64,000 nt of DNA from Promethearchaeati archaeon (GCA_013166835.1 JABLTI010000015.1:15149-79148); one strand, 5' to 3'; shown: positions 1-10,603, numbered from the stretch's first letter. Program-made: numbers and translations. The notes: generated from the sequence alone by a model not told the origin.

Positions 1-2297
1 ATGCTTCAGTAATGTGGTCCTTAGGTTATGATGGGACTGGAATAAAAGTAGGTGTAATAGATACTGGGATTAATGCTGTTCATCCTGCTTTTGAAGGCAG
101 AGTAGATGATGCTTTAAGTTTTGTTTCAACAATTTATGGTTATGATTATAATGATCCAACAACAACAGATCCAAATGGTCATGGTTCTCATACTTCTGGA
201 ATTGTTGGTGCAGGTGATACAGCTGTTACCAGAGTTGGGATAGCTAAAAATTGTAGTATTTATCATGCAAAAATTGGTTCACCAGCTCCTTTACCATCAA
301 TAATAGCTGGCCTTGATTGGTTAGTAAACACAAGTAATGTAGATGTAATTAATTTTAGTTTTGGTGGCGGTGATGGTGTAGGTCTTGATCCGCTTGAAAT
401 TGCATTTTACAACGCAGTTCATATTAAAGGAGTGGTCTGTGCAACTTCTGCAGGTAATGAGGGTAATCAAGGGTTCTATACAGTTGGTTCCCCAGCTACA
501 GATGATATAATTCATGTTGGTGGGGTTGTTGCTACTGGTGGACCTCCAAGTATTATATCTTATAGTTCACGTGGTCCTACTGCTGATGATCATATGAAAC
601 CCGATGTATTAGCACCAGGTTATTTGATTGATTCATGTGATAATATAGGTACAGGTTATGTTACAATGAGTGGTACTTCTATGGCTTCACCTCACGTTGC
701 AGGAGCAGCAGCGTTACTTATTGATGCTTGTATAGCAAATGGTTATGCAGTAAATCCTGGTTTGGTAAAAGCTGCTTTGATGAAGACCGCTACACCACTT
801 GGTTCTGTTCACATATTAACTCAAGCTAGAGGTGTTATCAACGTTGGTGCTGCTTGGCATTATATTAAAACTGCTATCACTGATAATGGGATCAAAGTCG
901 TTGGTGCTTGTAATCCAGTACAACAACCACTACCTTGGTGGTCAACAATGTTACAAGGGCAAGTAACTGAACAATACTTAACTTGTATTTCTGCTCACAA
1001 AACTGATCTTTCTTTAGAATTGAGTGGAGATGTAGCATCTTTTGTCACAATTGGATCATTCAGTAATCAATGGACAAATGTTGTGAAGGTTACCTATGAC
1101 GTTCCAATTGACGCAACTATAGGATCTTATACAGGGACATTGACTTTCAAATATTTGACAAACGTACTTGATACTGTAGATATTGTTCTGACGGTAACTG
1201 AGAGTAATGGTCACAATATGCTTCTAAACTTTAAAACTACAGATTATAGTATTGATCACATGTATGGTCAATATGCGATTTTCACTCAAGATATCTTAAC
1301 GAATGATTATGTAATAAGCGAACAACTTGCTGATTTAGATTCCGGAATAATAGAAAATTATGATTGTATCTGGTTACCAGATCCATTTGATTTAGTTTAT
1401 CCGAATTCTTATGAAGGAGATTACAATATTGTTGAGACTTATAATGAATGGACAGCGAGTGAAAAAACAGCTTTAACTAACTATGTAGCATTAGGGGGTT
1501 CTGTTTTCCTTTGTTTCCTTGGTTATAGTGAAACAGATGTTGATGGGTGGGGACCAGTTTTACATGGTACAAATGTCTCTGCTATCAATGACTGGACTAA
1601 CCAATATGGAATAAATATTAGCGATTCCTTATGGACAGGTTCTTATCCAATTACAGTGGATACAACAGAATCACATGCATTATCAATTGGAGTTGAAAGC
1701 ATTGATCATTGGGGTACTTCAATTGAAGTATCAGGTAATGCTGTTCAAATTACAGAATTAACTCCTGGTTCACAATATGCTACTTGCGCTACTTACCAAC
1801 ATGAAAGCGGTGGAAGAGTTATTGTCTTGACTACAAACTTCTGTCTAGATACTTCTGGCTATATAAACGATTATAATACTGGTACACAAAACGATCAATT
1901 TGGTCAAAATCTAGTTAGATGGGCAACAGCTCACTCAAGGATGTCTAGAAACACTATATCATTTACTGACCAATATGCAATATTACGCTACGATTTTATT
2001 TCAGGAACTGAAACTTTTGGTGGATATGTTATAGACCCAGATGATAATCAAGAGGATTTGGTTTGGACAGAAATTGCTCCTGATACTTGGGAAGTAAATT
2101 ACGAAATGACTAGCGAAGGAATTTATGAATTCTATCCCGAGTGTGGTGAAGTTGGTTTAGATGATTACGACTACATTAAATACCTAAACGGAGAACTCCT
2201 CTCATCAACAAATGGAATTTCAATTATCGTTGTAGCAATAATCTCTGGTTTTGGTTTAGCTGCATGGACACTTATTCAAAAATTCAGACGAAAATAG
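1..2297 (+). CDS. S8 subtilisin-like serine protease, membrane-anchored; 5'-truncated by the window edge
   Basis: Catalytic triad motifs VIDTG (Asp), HGSHTSG (His) and GTSMASPHVAG (Ser), oxyanion SAGN, C-terminal hydrophobic helix plus KFRRK. The frame stays open upstream of ATG 12 (gct tca gta atg), so signal peptide and propeptide lie outside the window. Confidence 0.93.
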   Translation, partial: ASVMWSLGYDGTGIKVGVIDTGINAVHPAFEGRVDDALSFVSTIYGYDYNDPTTTDPNGHGSHTSGIVGAGDTAVTRVGIAKNCSIYHAKIGSPAPLPSIIAGLDWLVNTSNVDVINFSFGGGDGVGLDPLEIAFYNAVHIKGVVCATSAGNEGNQGFYTVGSPATDDIIHVGGVVATGGPPSIISYSSRGPTADDHMKPDVLAPGYLIDSCDNIGTGYVTMSGTSMASPHVAGAAALLIDACIANGYAVNPGLVKAALMKTATPLGSVHILTQARGVINVGAAWHYIKTAITDNGIKVVGACNPVQQPLPWWSTMLQGQVTEQYLTCISAHKTDLSLELSGDVASFVTIGSFSNQWTNVVKVTYDVPIDATIGSYTGTLTFKYLTNVLDTVDIVLTVTESNGHNMLLNFKTTDYSIDHMYGQYAIFTQDILTNDYVISEQLADLDSGIIENYDCIWLPDPFDLVYPNSYEGDYNIVETYNEWTASEKTALTNYVALGGSVFLCFLGYSETDVDGWGPVLHGTNVSAINDWTNQYGINISDSLWTGSYPITVDTTESHALSIGVESIDHWGTSIEVSGNAVQITELTPGSQYATCATYQHESGGRVIVLTTNFCLDTSGYINDYNTGTQNDQFGQNLVRWATAHSRMSRNTISFTDQYAILRYDFISGTETFGGYVIDPDDNQEDLVWTEIAPDTWEVNYEMTSEGIYEFYPECGEVGLDDYDYIKYLNGELLSSTNGISIIVVAIISGFGLAAWTLIQKFRRK

Positions 2298-2316
2298 TTT
2301 AATTTAAAACTCGAGG

Positions 2317-2359
2317 ACGAAGAATTTACATGATTCTTCGTAAATATTTTCTTTTTTTT
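2317..2359 (+). terminator. Hairpin plus T-tract terminator
   Basis: acgaagaat-ttacatg-attcttcgt followed by ttttctttttttt, just after the protease stop. Confidence 0.65.
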
Positions 2360-2496
2360 AATTCCTTGATTTTCTTTCAATTTATTTGGAAAATTGCCAC
2401 AAAAAAAAGCTTTTTACATCAACCGTAGCACTTAATAAAGTTGTATAATAACTTTATTCGAATACTATTTAACAAATAATAAGGAGAAAAAAAACG

Positions 2497-2859
2497 ATGT
2501 CATTTGAAAACGAAGCTGCACGGTTACAGAAAAATGGGGTTATTGGAGCGCTTGCTTTAGTTGGAGCTGATGGAAAGGTCTATTGGACAACACAGAACTG
2601 GCAAGTTGATGGGGTAACAATAATTGAAGCATGGACTAAAAAAGCTCCCTGGATAGTGGTTCAAGGAGTCAAATATTCTACAATTGACATTACAAGTAGT
2701 CGTTTGGTTTGTACCAATGTTCAGCAACAAGGTCATATAGTAATCGCAAAAACTCCTTTCTGGCAAGGATTTATCATGGCTTGGTGTTCTCCAGCGAATC
2801 CTGTACGAATGGCCTATGTTGACATAGCAAAATTAGCTGGTACAGTTAAACCAGGGTAG
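2497..2859 (+). CDS. Profilin (Asgard-type actin-monomer-binding protein)
   Basis: 120 aa with profilin pattern: ALVGADGKVYW, IVVQGVKYS, LVCTN..QGHIVIAKT and a C-terminal helix; SD-like aaggag upstream. Confidence 0.85.
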   Translation: MSFENEAARLQKNGVIGALALVGADGKVYWTTQNWQVDGVTIIEAWTKKAPWIVVQGVKYSTIDITSSRLVCTNVQQQGHIVIAKTPFWQGFIMAWCSPANPVRMAYVDIAKLAGTVKPG

Positions 2860-2872
2860 TATTATTTGAAAT

Positions 2873-2891
2873 GATTCTCTCACTGAGAATC
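2873..2891. terminator. Hairpin between convergent genes
   Basis: gattctc-tcact-gagaatc. Confidence 0.45.
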
Positions 2892-2933
2892 TTAAAATCT
2901 CTTTATTCTTATTAAACAGAATTAGTTGTAAGG

Positions 2934-5900
2934 TTAGTCCGAGAACATATTTTGAGCTGGGGCATCATGAGTTTTAGTAAAAATCGTTCCCTTTTCTACT
3001 ACTTGAATAGTTGAGAGATCAAAACCAGTCACATTCATTCTTGAGAGGAGTTTGCCATAATCAGCAAGTGATTGAACTTTTCTACCAACAATTAATGTTT
3101 TCAATATGTTGTGCGAACATAATGAATCCTTGAGATCAACTCCTATTGTTCCCATAACTGATTGAGAAATATCAGACATTATCTCTTTTTCTACAGTTGC
3201 ATTTGAAAATAGAACCACAATCTCTCTTGAGAGTTTTTCGCTAACTAATATAACTGGGTGATCAGATAAAGATAATCCAAGACAGGTTCCTATATGTCTT
3301 CCACTTAAAGTTCTAACTCTTAAACACTCTAAAGGAAATATTTCTGATGGACGGAATGTCCGGGAAGAATTTCTAAGTATAACTTTATTTTTAGTTATTT
3401 TATCAATGGATCCTCCTGATATAAATATCCTAAATGAATTCAAAATCTCATTAGGTAAGATGGGGAATCCTCGATTTAAAGAGTAATTAATTAATGTTTT
3501 AGGCTTTAATGCTTCGCCTTCAGGAATCTTCAATTGTTTAGCAATTAAGTACTTTACCAGCCACATTTTCTCTTTTGTCTTTTCTTCTGTAATATTTAGT
3601 CTATTTACTAAGTAATCGATAAGAGTATTATCTGGTTCTTCTTTATCTAAAAGAAGTAGTTTACCCATTAATGGATGTAAAACAGCTGCAATGACTTTTC
3701 CAATTTTAACTCCATGACTCAAATAACAGTATTTTCCTACTGGAGATTTATCTGCTGTTCCGATTTGCCCATCCCATGGTGCAGTTCTATATGGCTGAGA
3801 AGCTAGTATGCTATCTGGACTACAGATAATAGATCCTCTTTTGATTCGAATTTTATCTACTGGTATGATACCTATTATTTCAGGAACTGGTCTTACCTCA
3901 CCTTTTGGAAAGTTAACATTTCTGAAGTTTGCAAATTCTTGCAGTCTTGTTATATGTAATGCTACATCTTTTTGAACTTGAAGTGATTCCATAACTTCTC
4001 GAATAACATAGTTTTTGCGTTTTTCTGCTGATTCAGTTAATTCCTCTGTTATCCAGAGGGGTTTTATTTGATCAAATATTTTATCAATTATACTTTGATT
4101 TGCTTCTGTTTCTGTTACTAATATGAAACCAAGACGATTATTTCCATAAACGACAACTTCTTGTAGATATCCTAAGAATTCTCTTTTGGTATCTTCGAGT
4201 AAATTGAAAAGTGCTTTACCAGATAATTTCCACGCTTCTGATGCTGCTTCTAACAGTTTAGGAGATACCATTGTTTCCTTCGTTGGTTTAATTAATTGTT
4301 CTTCTTCTTTTTCTGGAATTTTTATTTCTTCTTCTACTGCTGCTTCTTGTTGAACAATTTCGGGAATCGGTTCTGTTTCAGATATAATTTCGTCTGATAC
4401 AGACAATTCAGGTGGAGGAGGTGGTGGTGGTAGAGTTTGTTGGGGGGGTGGTGGTGGGGGAAGAACATCTGGTTCTGTAGGAATGGATGGTATTTCAATT
4501 ACTTGAGCTTCCTTTATCTCAGGAATAATCTCTATATTATCTGTATCTATTTTAATAAGCTCTTCAGGAGCCATTGGTTCAATTTCAGAAACAATAGTTA
4601 GATCTTTAGTTAGTTCAGATAAGCTACCTGAATCATCAATTTGATCTTCAGCGGAACCGCGACTTGTATCTACTGTTTTTTTGAGATCAGATGATAAACT
4701 ACTAAACTGAGCTTTTGTTTTGGGAGTTTCTTTCTCGACTTCAACTGATTTTACTGTGCTTGTTTCTACTTCGTCTTCTCCGATTAATTTTGATAATAAA
4801 CCCTCAAAAGATTGAAAGATAATTTGTTCTGTTAAATTATTTAATCTTGCTTTAGAACCATTTATTTCAAAAGGTAAAGTAAAGTCTTCCATCCCAATAA
4901 TTTCAAGTTCAACTACTGGTTCATAGACTGGTTGAGGAGTCTCGGGAATTATTAATGAATCCGACGGTTGGACCATTTCTTCATCAACAAGCTCAAACTC
5001 CTCAATTAAAGAGGAATCTGTTGTGTCTATTAAGAAATAACTGATAGGATCATCTATCTGTCTCTCAAATTCTATTGTTTCAATTAAGGAATCAATCGCT
5101 TTTTTCTTCTCAACTAATTCTTTAGTTTCTTCCGGAGCAATTTCCAAACCAAATTGTTCTGGCATAAATAAATCATGAGAATCATCAATCACTAGTATGT
5201 CTTTCTGTAAGAGGTTTAAACAGTTGCAATAATCCTTAATATCTTCTGATAGAATTTTGATATAATCTTTTAATTCATTAACTGATTGTTGAAAATCTAG
5301 TAATGATTTAAAATCAGGCAAACCATTTCTAGCAGTTGAAGTACTAATTTCTAACTGAGTTGTTTTCACAGTGGCCAACAATTCAGCAATTGCTTTGCGA
5401 TATTCTTTACGTATCTCAATTTCATGAGTGAGTTCACGTGAGAGTTGCTTCAATTCAGCTTCGGTTTCCACTCCATGTCCGTAAGAAAACTTTAGATAAT
5501 TCTCCAGTGTAAATTTCACTAATTCACCCTTTGATGGGTTTCTCTTCAGATATTTTTCTCGAGCACCAAATCTATTTTGTGCTAACCGAAGATCAAATTC
5601 AAGTGTTTCAATTTTTATGTTTGCAGTATCCGGATTCACTTTTTTCTCAGCAATCAGAATATTTAATTTCTGCATGTTGTGATTTAGATTTCTTATGTTT
5701 CTTGCAAGTTCTTGAATTTCTCTTCTTATTTTAAGATGTCTAAAGAATGTTCGAGGGACATTAAATGTTGGTAATAAATCCTCAATAGAGATTTTGCCAA
5801 CCAAACTATTTGCACTCAAAGGAATTTCTCTTGCATTTATTGCATCCTTTAATTCATCATCAGTTGGAGCACTTACTGCGAATAGTTGTTTTTCTAGGAT

Positions 5901-5999
5901 TTGCATTTTATTTTCAAAAATTTCAGAATCAATTTCCTCAAGAGCGTATTGCTTTTCAATTTCCATTATCTCTTTAAGGATATCAATTCTAGTTCGCAT
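2934..5999 (-). CDS. Large hypothetical protein: N-terminal coiled coil, acidic disordered linker with polyproline tracts, three C-terminal PRC-barrel-like repeats
   Basis: 1021-aa ORF; heptad-rich N-terminus; E/P-rich linker with two Pro runs (4411-4460); repeats GKALFN..FLGYLQEVV, GKYCYLSHGVKIGKVIAAV and LRVRTLSGRHIGTCLGL. Confidence 0.8.
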   Translation of the reverse strand: MRTRIDILKEIMEIEKQYALEEIDSEIFENKMQILEKQLFAVSAPTDDELKDAINAREIPLSANSLVGKISIEDLLPTFNVPRTFFRHLKIRREIQELARNIRNLNHNMQKLNILIAEKKVNPDTANIKIETLEFDLRLAQNRFGAREKYLKRNPSKGELVKFTLENYLKFSYGHGVETEAELKQLSRELTHEIEIRKEYRKAIAELLATVKTTQLEISTSTARNGLPDFKSLLDFQQSVNELKDYIKILSEDIKDYCNCLNLLQKDILVIDDSHDLFMPEQFGLEIAPEETKELVEKKKAIDSLIETIEFERQIDDPISYFLIDTTDSSLIEEFELVDEEMVQPSDSLIIPETPQPVYEPVVELEIIGMEDFTLPFEINGSKARLNNLTEQIIFQSFEGLLSKLIGEDEVETSTVKSVEVEKETPKTKAQFSSLSSDLKKTVDTSRGSAEDQIDDSGSLSELTKDLTIVSEIEPMAPEELIKIDTDNIEIIPEIKEAQVIEIPSIPTEPDVLPPPPPPQQTLPPPPPPPELSVSDEIISETEPIPEIVQQEAAVEEEIKIPEKEEEQLIKPTKETMVSPKLLEAASEAWKLSGKALFNLLEDTKREFLGYLQEVVVYGNNRLGFILVTETEANQSIIDKIFDQIKPLWITEELTESAEKRKNYVIREVMESLQVQKDVALHITRLQEFANFRNVNFPKGEVRPVPEIIGIIPVDKIRIKRGSIICSPDSILASQPYRTAPWDGQIGTADKSPVGKYCYLSHGVKIGKVIAAVLHPLMGKLLLLDKEEPDNTLIDYLVNRLNITEEKTKEKMWLVKYLIAKQLKIPEGEALKPKTLINYSLNRGFPILPNEILNSFRIFISGGSIDKITKNKVILRNSSRTFRPSEIFPLECLRVRTLSGRHIGTCLGLSLSDHPVILVSEKLSREIVVLFSNATVEKEIMSDISQSVMGTIGVDLKDSLCSHNILKTLIVGRKVQSLADYGKLLSRMNVTGFDLSTIQVVEKGTIFTKTHDAPAQNMFSD

Positions 6000-6192
6000 A
6001 GCTGTCCCACAATATTTTATCTACATATAACTTTACTTCATTCTAATTTAAAAAAGCTAACATATAATAACTGAGCTATTTCTGCATTCTCACTTTAGGA
6101 CCTTTCAATTTACACAGAAAATTCTTAAATAAGTTTAAGTTTTCTTGATTGCAGTTTATGTTTGGATAGAGAGCAAATAGGTCAGATAATAA

Positions 6193-6957
6193 ATGACGTT
6201 CGTTGAATGGTATCACAACAACCAGAATTGGTTAATGTTAGTATGTATGTTTATTACGCTTGCAGTTATTTTGTCTATATTTTATCTTTTAAGTAAAAAA
6301 GGGATGGATGTTTTTTACACTCGAAAAGGTGTTCACATAACTGCTGGATGTTATATCTTCTTCTGGCTCATGGCATCTGATATTGGTTGGGCTAGATATG
6401 TTGCTATGATACCTGCTGCGTTGACTGCTATCGTTTTCTTATTAATTGGTCTAAAAGTAATTCCTGGTGGATTTATGGTAAGAAGTATGTCTAGAACTGG
6501 AGAACCATTTGATCTCATCAAAGGAACCATGATTTATGCTATTGTTATGACTTTAATTTGTGTTTTTGTTTGGAGAGACACTCCATGGGGATTAATTATT
6601 ATCATGACCATCGCCTGGGGTGATGGTATTGCCCCTATTGCTGGAAGGTTTTTTGGAAAACACAAATATAGAACAATTGGCGGTGGAGAGAAGACAGTGG
6701 AAGGAAGTATTGCAATGTTCATTTTTTCTGTTGCATTTAGTTACTTTATTGTCTATCTTTTTGGTATAGTCTTAACAGGACAAAACTGGCTATGGGGAAA
6801 TCTTGAGTGGCCTTGGTTATGGGGAAAAATACTGATACTTGTAGCAATAGGAACAATAGCAGAGGGTTTAAGTCCAACAGATATAGATAATTTGGTAGTA
6901 CCTATTGTTATGTTCTTAATCTCTGTTGCTTTTGGATTAAGACCAACAGTCTACTAA
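6193..6957 (+). CDS. Phytol/dolichol kinase-like CTP-dependent polyprenol kinase (membrane)
   Basis: RKGVHI, WGDGIAPIAGRFFGKHKY, KTVEGS and DIDNL motifs; multiple TM helices. Confidence 0.85.
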   Translation: MTFVEWYHNNQNWLMLVCMFITLAVILSIFYLLSKKGMDVFYTRKGVHITAGCYIFFWLMASDIGWARYVAMIPAALTAIVFLLIGLKVIPGGFMVRSMSRTGEPFDLIKGTMIYAIVMTLICVFVWRDTPWGLIIIMTIAWGDGIAPIAGRFFGKHKYRTIGGGEKTVEGSIAMFIFSVAFSYFIVYLFGIVLTGQNWLWGNLEWPWLWGKILILVAIGTIAEGLSPTDIDNLVVPIVMFLISVAFGLRPTVY

Positions 6958-6969
6958 AAAGAAAGGAAA

Positions 6970-7458
6970 TTATCCTTGAGCATTATCAAGGATAAATAAT
7001 AATTCTTCTTCAAGAGTTGGTTTGTGTTCTGGATTTTCTAACATTTCACCAACAAGTTTACCATTTGAATCAACAATATAGATGGTAGGAATCTTTCGTA
7101 AATCAAAATCATTAACTTCGAGTGGGGAAGGAGGAACTCTCCAACGAATATCAGGATCTTTGGGGGCAGTTTTTATTCCCTTATAGAAGACACCATTTAT
7201 GCCTGGTTTTAATTTAATCATTTTTGCGAAAGCAGCAACATTTGTTTTACAGTCTCTGCACCAATCAGCACAAAAAACGACAAATAAGTACCCCTTTGCT
7301 TTCTCCTCTAATTCTGATAATACATCCATTTTTGGTTCATATTTCTCGAAATTTTCCCTAAGAATTTCTCCATCAGTTCCTTTGAGATTCTTGATCATCT
7401 CATCTACCTGCATACCTGCTTTTTCTAAATGTTTAACATCATGAATTTCTTTAACCAT
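6970..7458 (-). CDS. Thioredoxin-family protein
   Basis: WCRDC (CxxC) and cis-Pro motif KIPTI; likely start ATG 7458 (MVKEIH), because the longer ORF extension is AT-rich promoter-like sequence. Confidence 0.85.
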   Translation of the reverse strand: MVKEIHDVKHLEKAGMQVDEMIKNLKGTDGEILRENFEKYEPKMDVLSELEEKAKGYLFVVFCADWCRDCKTNVAAFAKMIKLKPGINGVFYKGIKTAPKDPDIRWRVPPSPLEVNDFDLRKIPTIYIVDSNGKLVGEMLENPEHKPTLEEELLFILDNAQG

Positions 7459-7680
7459 TTGAATCACTTCATTTAATTTGCCATGCAATCTTGGTTTGTT
7501 AATTATTAATTCTTTGCTTTTATATTCTAAGATAATAAAATAGTAAATTTTCATAATGTAAATTTGTCGGAAATTATTTTTCCGTTTATTCACGGAATTC
7601 TTATAAGTCTTTTTCACCAGATATTACTAGAATTGGGATTATTATTTTGATTCAAGAAAATCAAATGAAGGTAAATAGGA

Positions 7681-8631
7681 ATGTCTAGGAGTACGTATTC
7701 TGAAAGTGAAATTGAGAAATTTCTGCGTGAAGTGTTGAGATCAGAACTTGCCATAAACGTCTATAAGCAACTAGCAGAAGATGGAGGAAATACTGCACTG
7801 GGAATTTCAGAAAACTTGAAAACTAAAGGAAAGAAAGCATCAAAAACTCGAGTCTATGAAGAAATTTCTTCACTTCAAAAACTGGGTTTAATAAAACGAG
7901 TATCAAATAGGCCACCAATTTATACTACAGTTCCTTCCCACGAAAATTTTGAACGTTTAGCTAGATTGTTTTTTATGGATACTCGAGAGGAATTAATGAG
8001 ACGTTGGGCAGTGACTTATCCGTTTCTTTCTGAAGAAATGAGACTTTCTCCTGCTACTAAAAATATGAAATTAACAACAGGGCCATTAGTTAATTTCAGT
8101 CCTTATCCTGTAGTTGATGTTTTCAATCTTACTAACATTGAAGATCTAAGAAGATATATGCTCCGTGTTTTTGAATCCAGTACAACTTGTGTTTCCCAAG
8201 CAATTGTTGATACAAGTTTTGGTTCTGATCAATTCATCTATGCATTCGAAGAATTGAATTTTGTTCCCTTAATTAAACAAATGAAAGAGAACTACGAAAG
8301 GTTTGGACGAAATACAACTAGAACTCTTACAAGTTATTACACAGATGAAATCAAAGATATACTGAAAACAGGTAAATTAAGCAAATTACAAAACCAATTT
8401 TTCAGTATAATGGACTATGAAATAAGGGAACCAAAAGAAAAACTATCCAGCTTTATTCTAGGAAAAAATAATCTATTATATCCAATTGGAATTGGAGGAG
8501 TGAATTCAAAAACATTTGTTATTATCGAGATTAGGGATCCTAATATCATCGAAATAGCACAAGATGCTTTTGAATCCGCTTGGGGATCTGCGAAAATTAT
8601 TTTAGAAATTAAAGATGGCAAAATTCTCTGA
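7681..8631 (+). CDS. TrmB-family transcriptional regulator (wHTH plus effector domain)
   Basis: SKTRVYEEISSLQKLGLIKRVSNRPPIY matches the TrmB wHTH pattern; C-terminal FESAWGSAK is typical of the TrmB effector domain end. Confidence 0.75.
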   Translation: MSRSTYSESEIEKFLREVLRSELAINVYKQLAEDGGNTALGISENLKTKGKKASKTRVYEEISSLQKLGLIKRVSNRPPIYTTVPSHENFERLARLFFMDTREELMRRWAVTYPFLSEEMRLSPATKNMKLTTGPLVNFSPYPVVDVFNLTNIEDLRRYMLRVFESSTTCVSQAIVDTSFGSDQFIYAFEELNFVPLIKQMKENYERFGRNTTRTLTSYYTDEIKDILKTGKLSKLQNQFFSIMDYEIREPKEKLSSFILGKNNLLYPIGIGGVNSKTFVIIEIRDPNIIEIAQDAFESAWGSAKIILEIKDGKIL

Positions 8632-8774
8632 TTTTAATTAGAATTGAGGGGAGTTGTTCTCCCCATTTATTGCCGAGGTTTATGTTAGATCCTTCATTAA
8701 GGTGGATAAAGAAAATAAAAATTTATGAAGGTTCTACTAAAGAGTGAAAACTGCAGTATTTAAAACCCACAAAA

Positions 8775-10493
8775 TTAGATTACAATATAGAATTCAGCTA
8801 GTAGTCTCTCTTTAGTAGTACTTTCCATTAATTGTTTTAGTTGTCTAGATTTATCTCGTTCTTTCTTCATTTCCTGTAATTGCATTTTCGCTTTTTCTCG
8901 AACTACTGGATCCTTTGAGTTTAACAATTTTTTGAGTTTAATACGCTCTTTCCTTTTTGACTCAACTTCATCTGGTTTTTCAGATCTCTTAGATTCGGTT
9001 AATAATTGAGTAGAGGCATCTCTGAGAGATTCTTCAAGTTGTTGCTCATCCATTGAGTCAATTATACTTTCATAATCTTGTAAAACAATTCTGGTCTTAG
9101 GGAATTCTTCTCCTCTTCTTAATCTGCCAAAAGCTTTGCTTTTACTATCACAGAAGTAATGGAATTGAAAATTAGTTAATTCTTTTGCATTCATTTTCTT
9201 GTATTCCATTAACCATTGAACCTCATCAATAGTCAAAGTTACTTCATCAAGTAAAGTGATTTTTTTCAATTCAGTAGTAAAATAGGAATCTCTAATTTGT
9301 AAGGGAATAGGTCTCCCCCATTCCTGCATTTCATCTGTGAGTACTAGCAAGAATGCTAAAGGATTATTATCAAATATATAATCTGGTAGTTGATCCTTGA
9401 AATTGTGTAGCGCTATTGCTTGAGCCGCTTTAATATATCCCTCAAGTTCATCTCTGTTTTCTTTAATTTCTTCTGGAGTGCCTAAGCTTTTGAGTAAACT
9501 TAATGCTCCAACTACTCCATGATCAAGTTCTACTTCACTTTTAAATTTAAATTCAGGATGACCTTTTTCACTGCTTTGGAAATGTTGTACTGGTGGTATT
9601 GGTATTGAATCCAAATTAGTTCGTAATCCTAACTTGATCAGTTTTTGAGCTTCCTTTGATAATCCATCTGTTATGAAATCTAAATACGGTTTTGTATTCT
9701 TACTCGAGATATTTATCTCAAAAGGAACAACATCTAAATCCAACATGGGATAGCATTTGAGTATCTGGTTTAATAAGGAGTAATTAATTGATGTACTCAT
9801 TTTTTGTAATGGATAACCAATATCATGAATTAATCCCATGACCCACCAAACTTTTTCTTTGATTAAATCCTTATCAATTTCAACTAAATCTGAAATATGA
9901 TTAAGTAATGTTCCTCTCCCAAGATCTTGTTCAAGTAAGAAATCACCTAAGACTGCTACTCTCAATTGATGCTCAGTATGATCTCGGTAGTATTTACCTG
10001 CACTAGTACTATAGAGAAAACTCTCAAGATCTGGCAAGGATTGAATTAAGTATAAAATGCCTTCTGAATCAATACCTCTCTCAATTGCTACATCATATAA
10101 TGCTGAAGAGAGATTTTTCCTTTTTCCTTTTATAAAATCAATATTAATATCAGGGACTCCTGATTGAGACAGCTCTTTTTGTAATTTGTCTGTAATACTA
10201 CTGTGAATATTGGAAGTTAAATTAGAAATATAACTACCCAATGAACCTAAACCTTCAAGTTTTTTTTGGGCTCCTTCTATATGTTTCTCAGCTTTCTTGA
10301 GCGATTCTTCCATATGGACCATATCTGGAAGGTCATGTTTAGCTTTTTCAATATCTTGAGCGATCTCAGGTCGTTTCTCTTCTAAGGCTTTCGAAACAGT
10401 TGCGACCAGATTTTTCGCCCATTCACTGAAACTAGAGCTTTCTTTAGTAATCCTTTGAAGAACCCAATCATCATTGATAATAAATTCAGGCAT
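8775..10493 (-). CDS. HD-domain metal-dependent phosphohydrolase with coiled-coil flanks
   Basis: YRDHTEHQLRV...IHDIGYP...DHG...AIALHN...LTDEMQEWGR; likely ATG 10493. Confidence 0.8.
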   Translation of the reverse strand: MPEFIINDDWVLQRITKESSSFSEWAKNLVATVSKALEEKRPEIAQDIEKAKHDLPDMVHMEESLKKAEKHIEGAQKKLEGLGSLGSYISNLTSNIHSSITDKLQKELSQSGVPDINIDFIKGKRKNLSSALYDVAIERGIDSEGILYLIQSLPDLESFLYSTSAGKYYRDHTEHQLRVAVLGDFLLEQDLGRGTLLNHISDLVEIDKDLIKEKVWWVMGLIHDIGYPLQKMSTSINYSLLNQILKCYPMLDLDVVPFEINISSKNTKPYLDFITDGLSKEAQKLIKLGLRTNLDSIPIPPVQHFQSSEKGHPEFKFKSEVELDHGVVGALSLLKSLGTPEEIKENRDELEGYIKAAQAIALHNFKDQLPDYIFDNNPLAFLLVLTDEMQEWGRPIPLQIRDSYFTTELKKITLLDEVTLTIDEVQWLMEYKKMNAKELTNFQFHYFCDSKSKAFGRLRRGEEFPKTRIVLQDYESIIDSMDEQQLEESLRDASTQLLTESKRSEKPDEVESKRKERIKLKKLLNSKDPVVREKAKMQLQEMKKERDKSRQLKQLMESTTKERLLAEFYIVI

Positions 10494-10603
10494 CTTAAAA
10501 CACTTAAACAAAATATGAATTACTCAATAAAAACTATTCCTAGTTATTTCTTAACATCTAAGAAAAAAATCGGAATATAAAAAAAGAAAAAAAGGAAATT
10601 AGT

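Noticed and set aside
2934-5999. True formin (FH2) or WASP (WH2/VCA) homologue
   Set aside because: No FH2 or clear WH2 motif recognisable; only the polyproline analogy is supported
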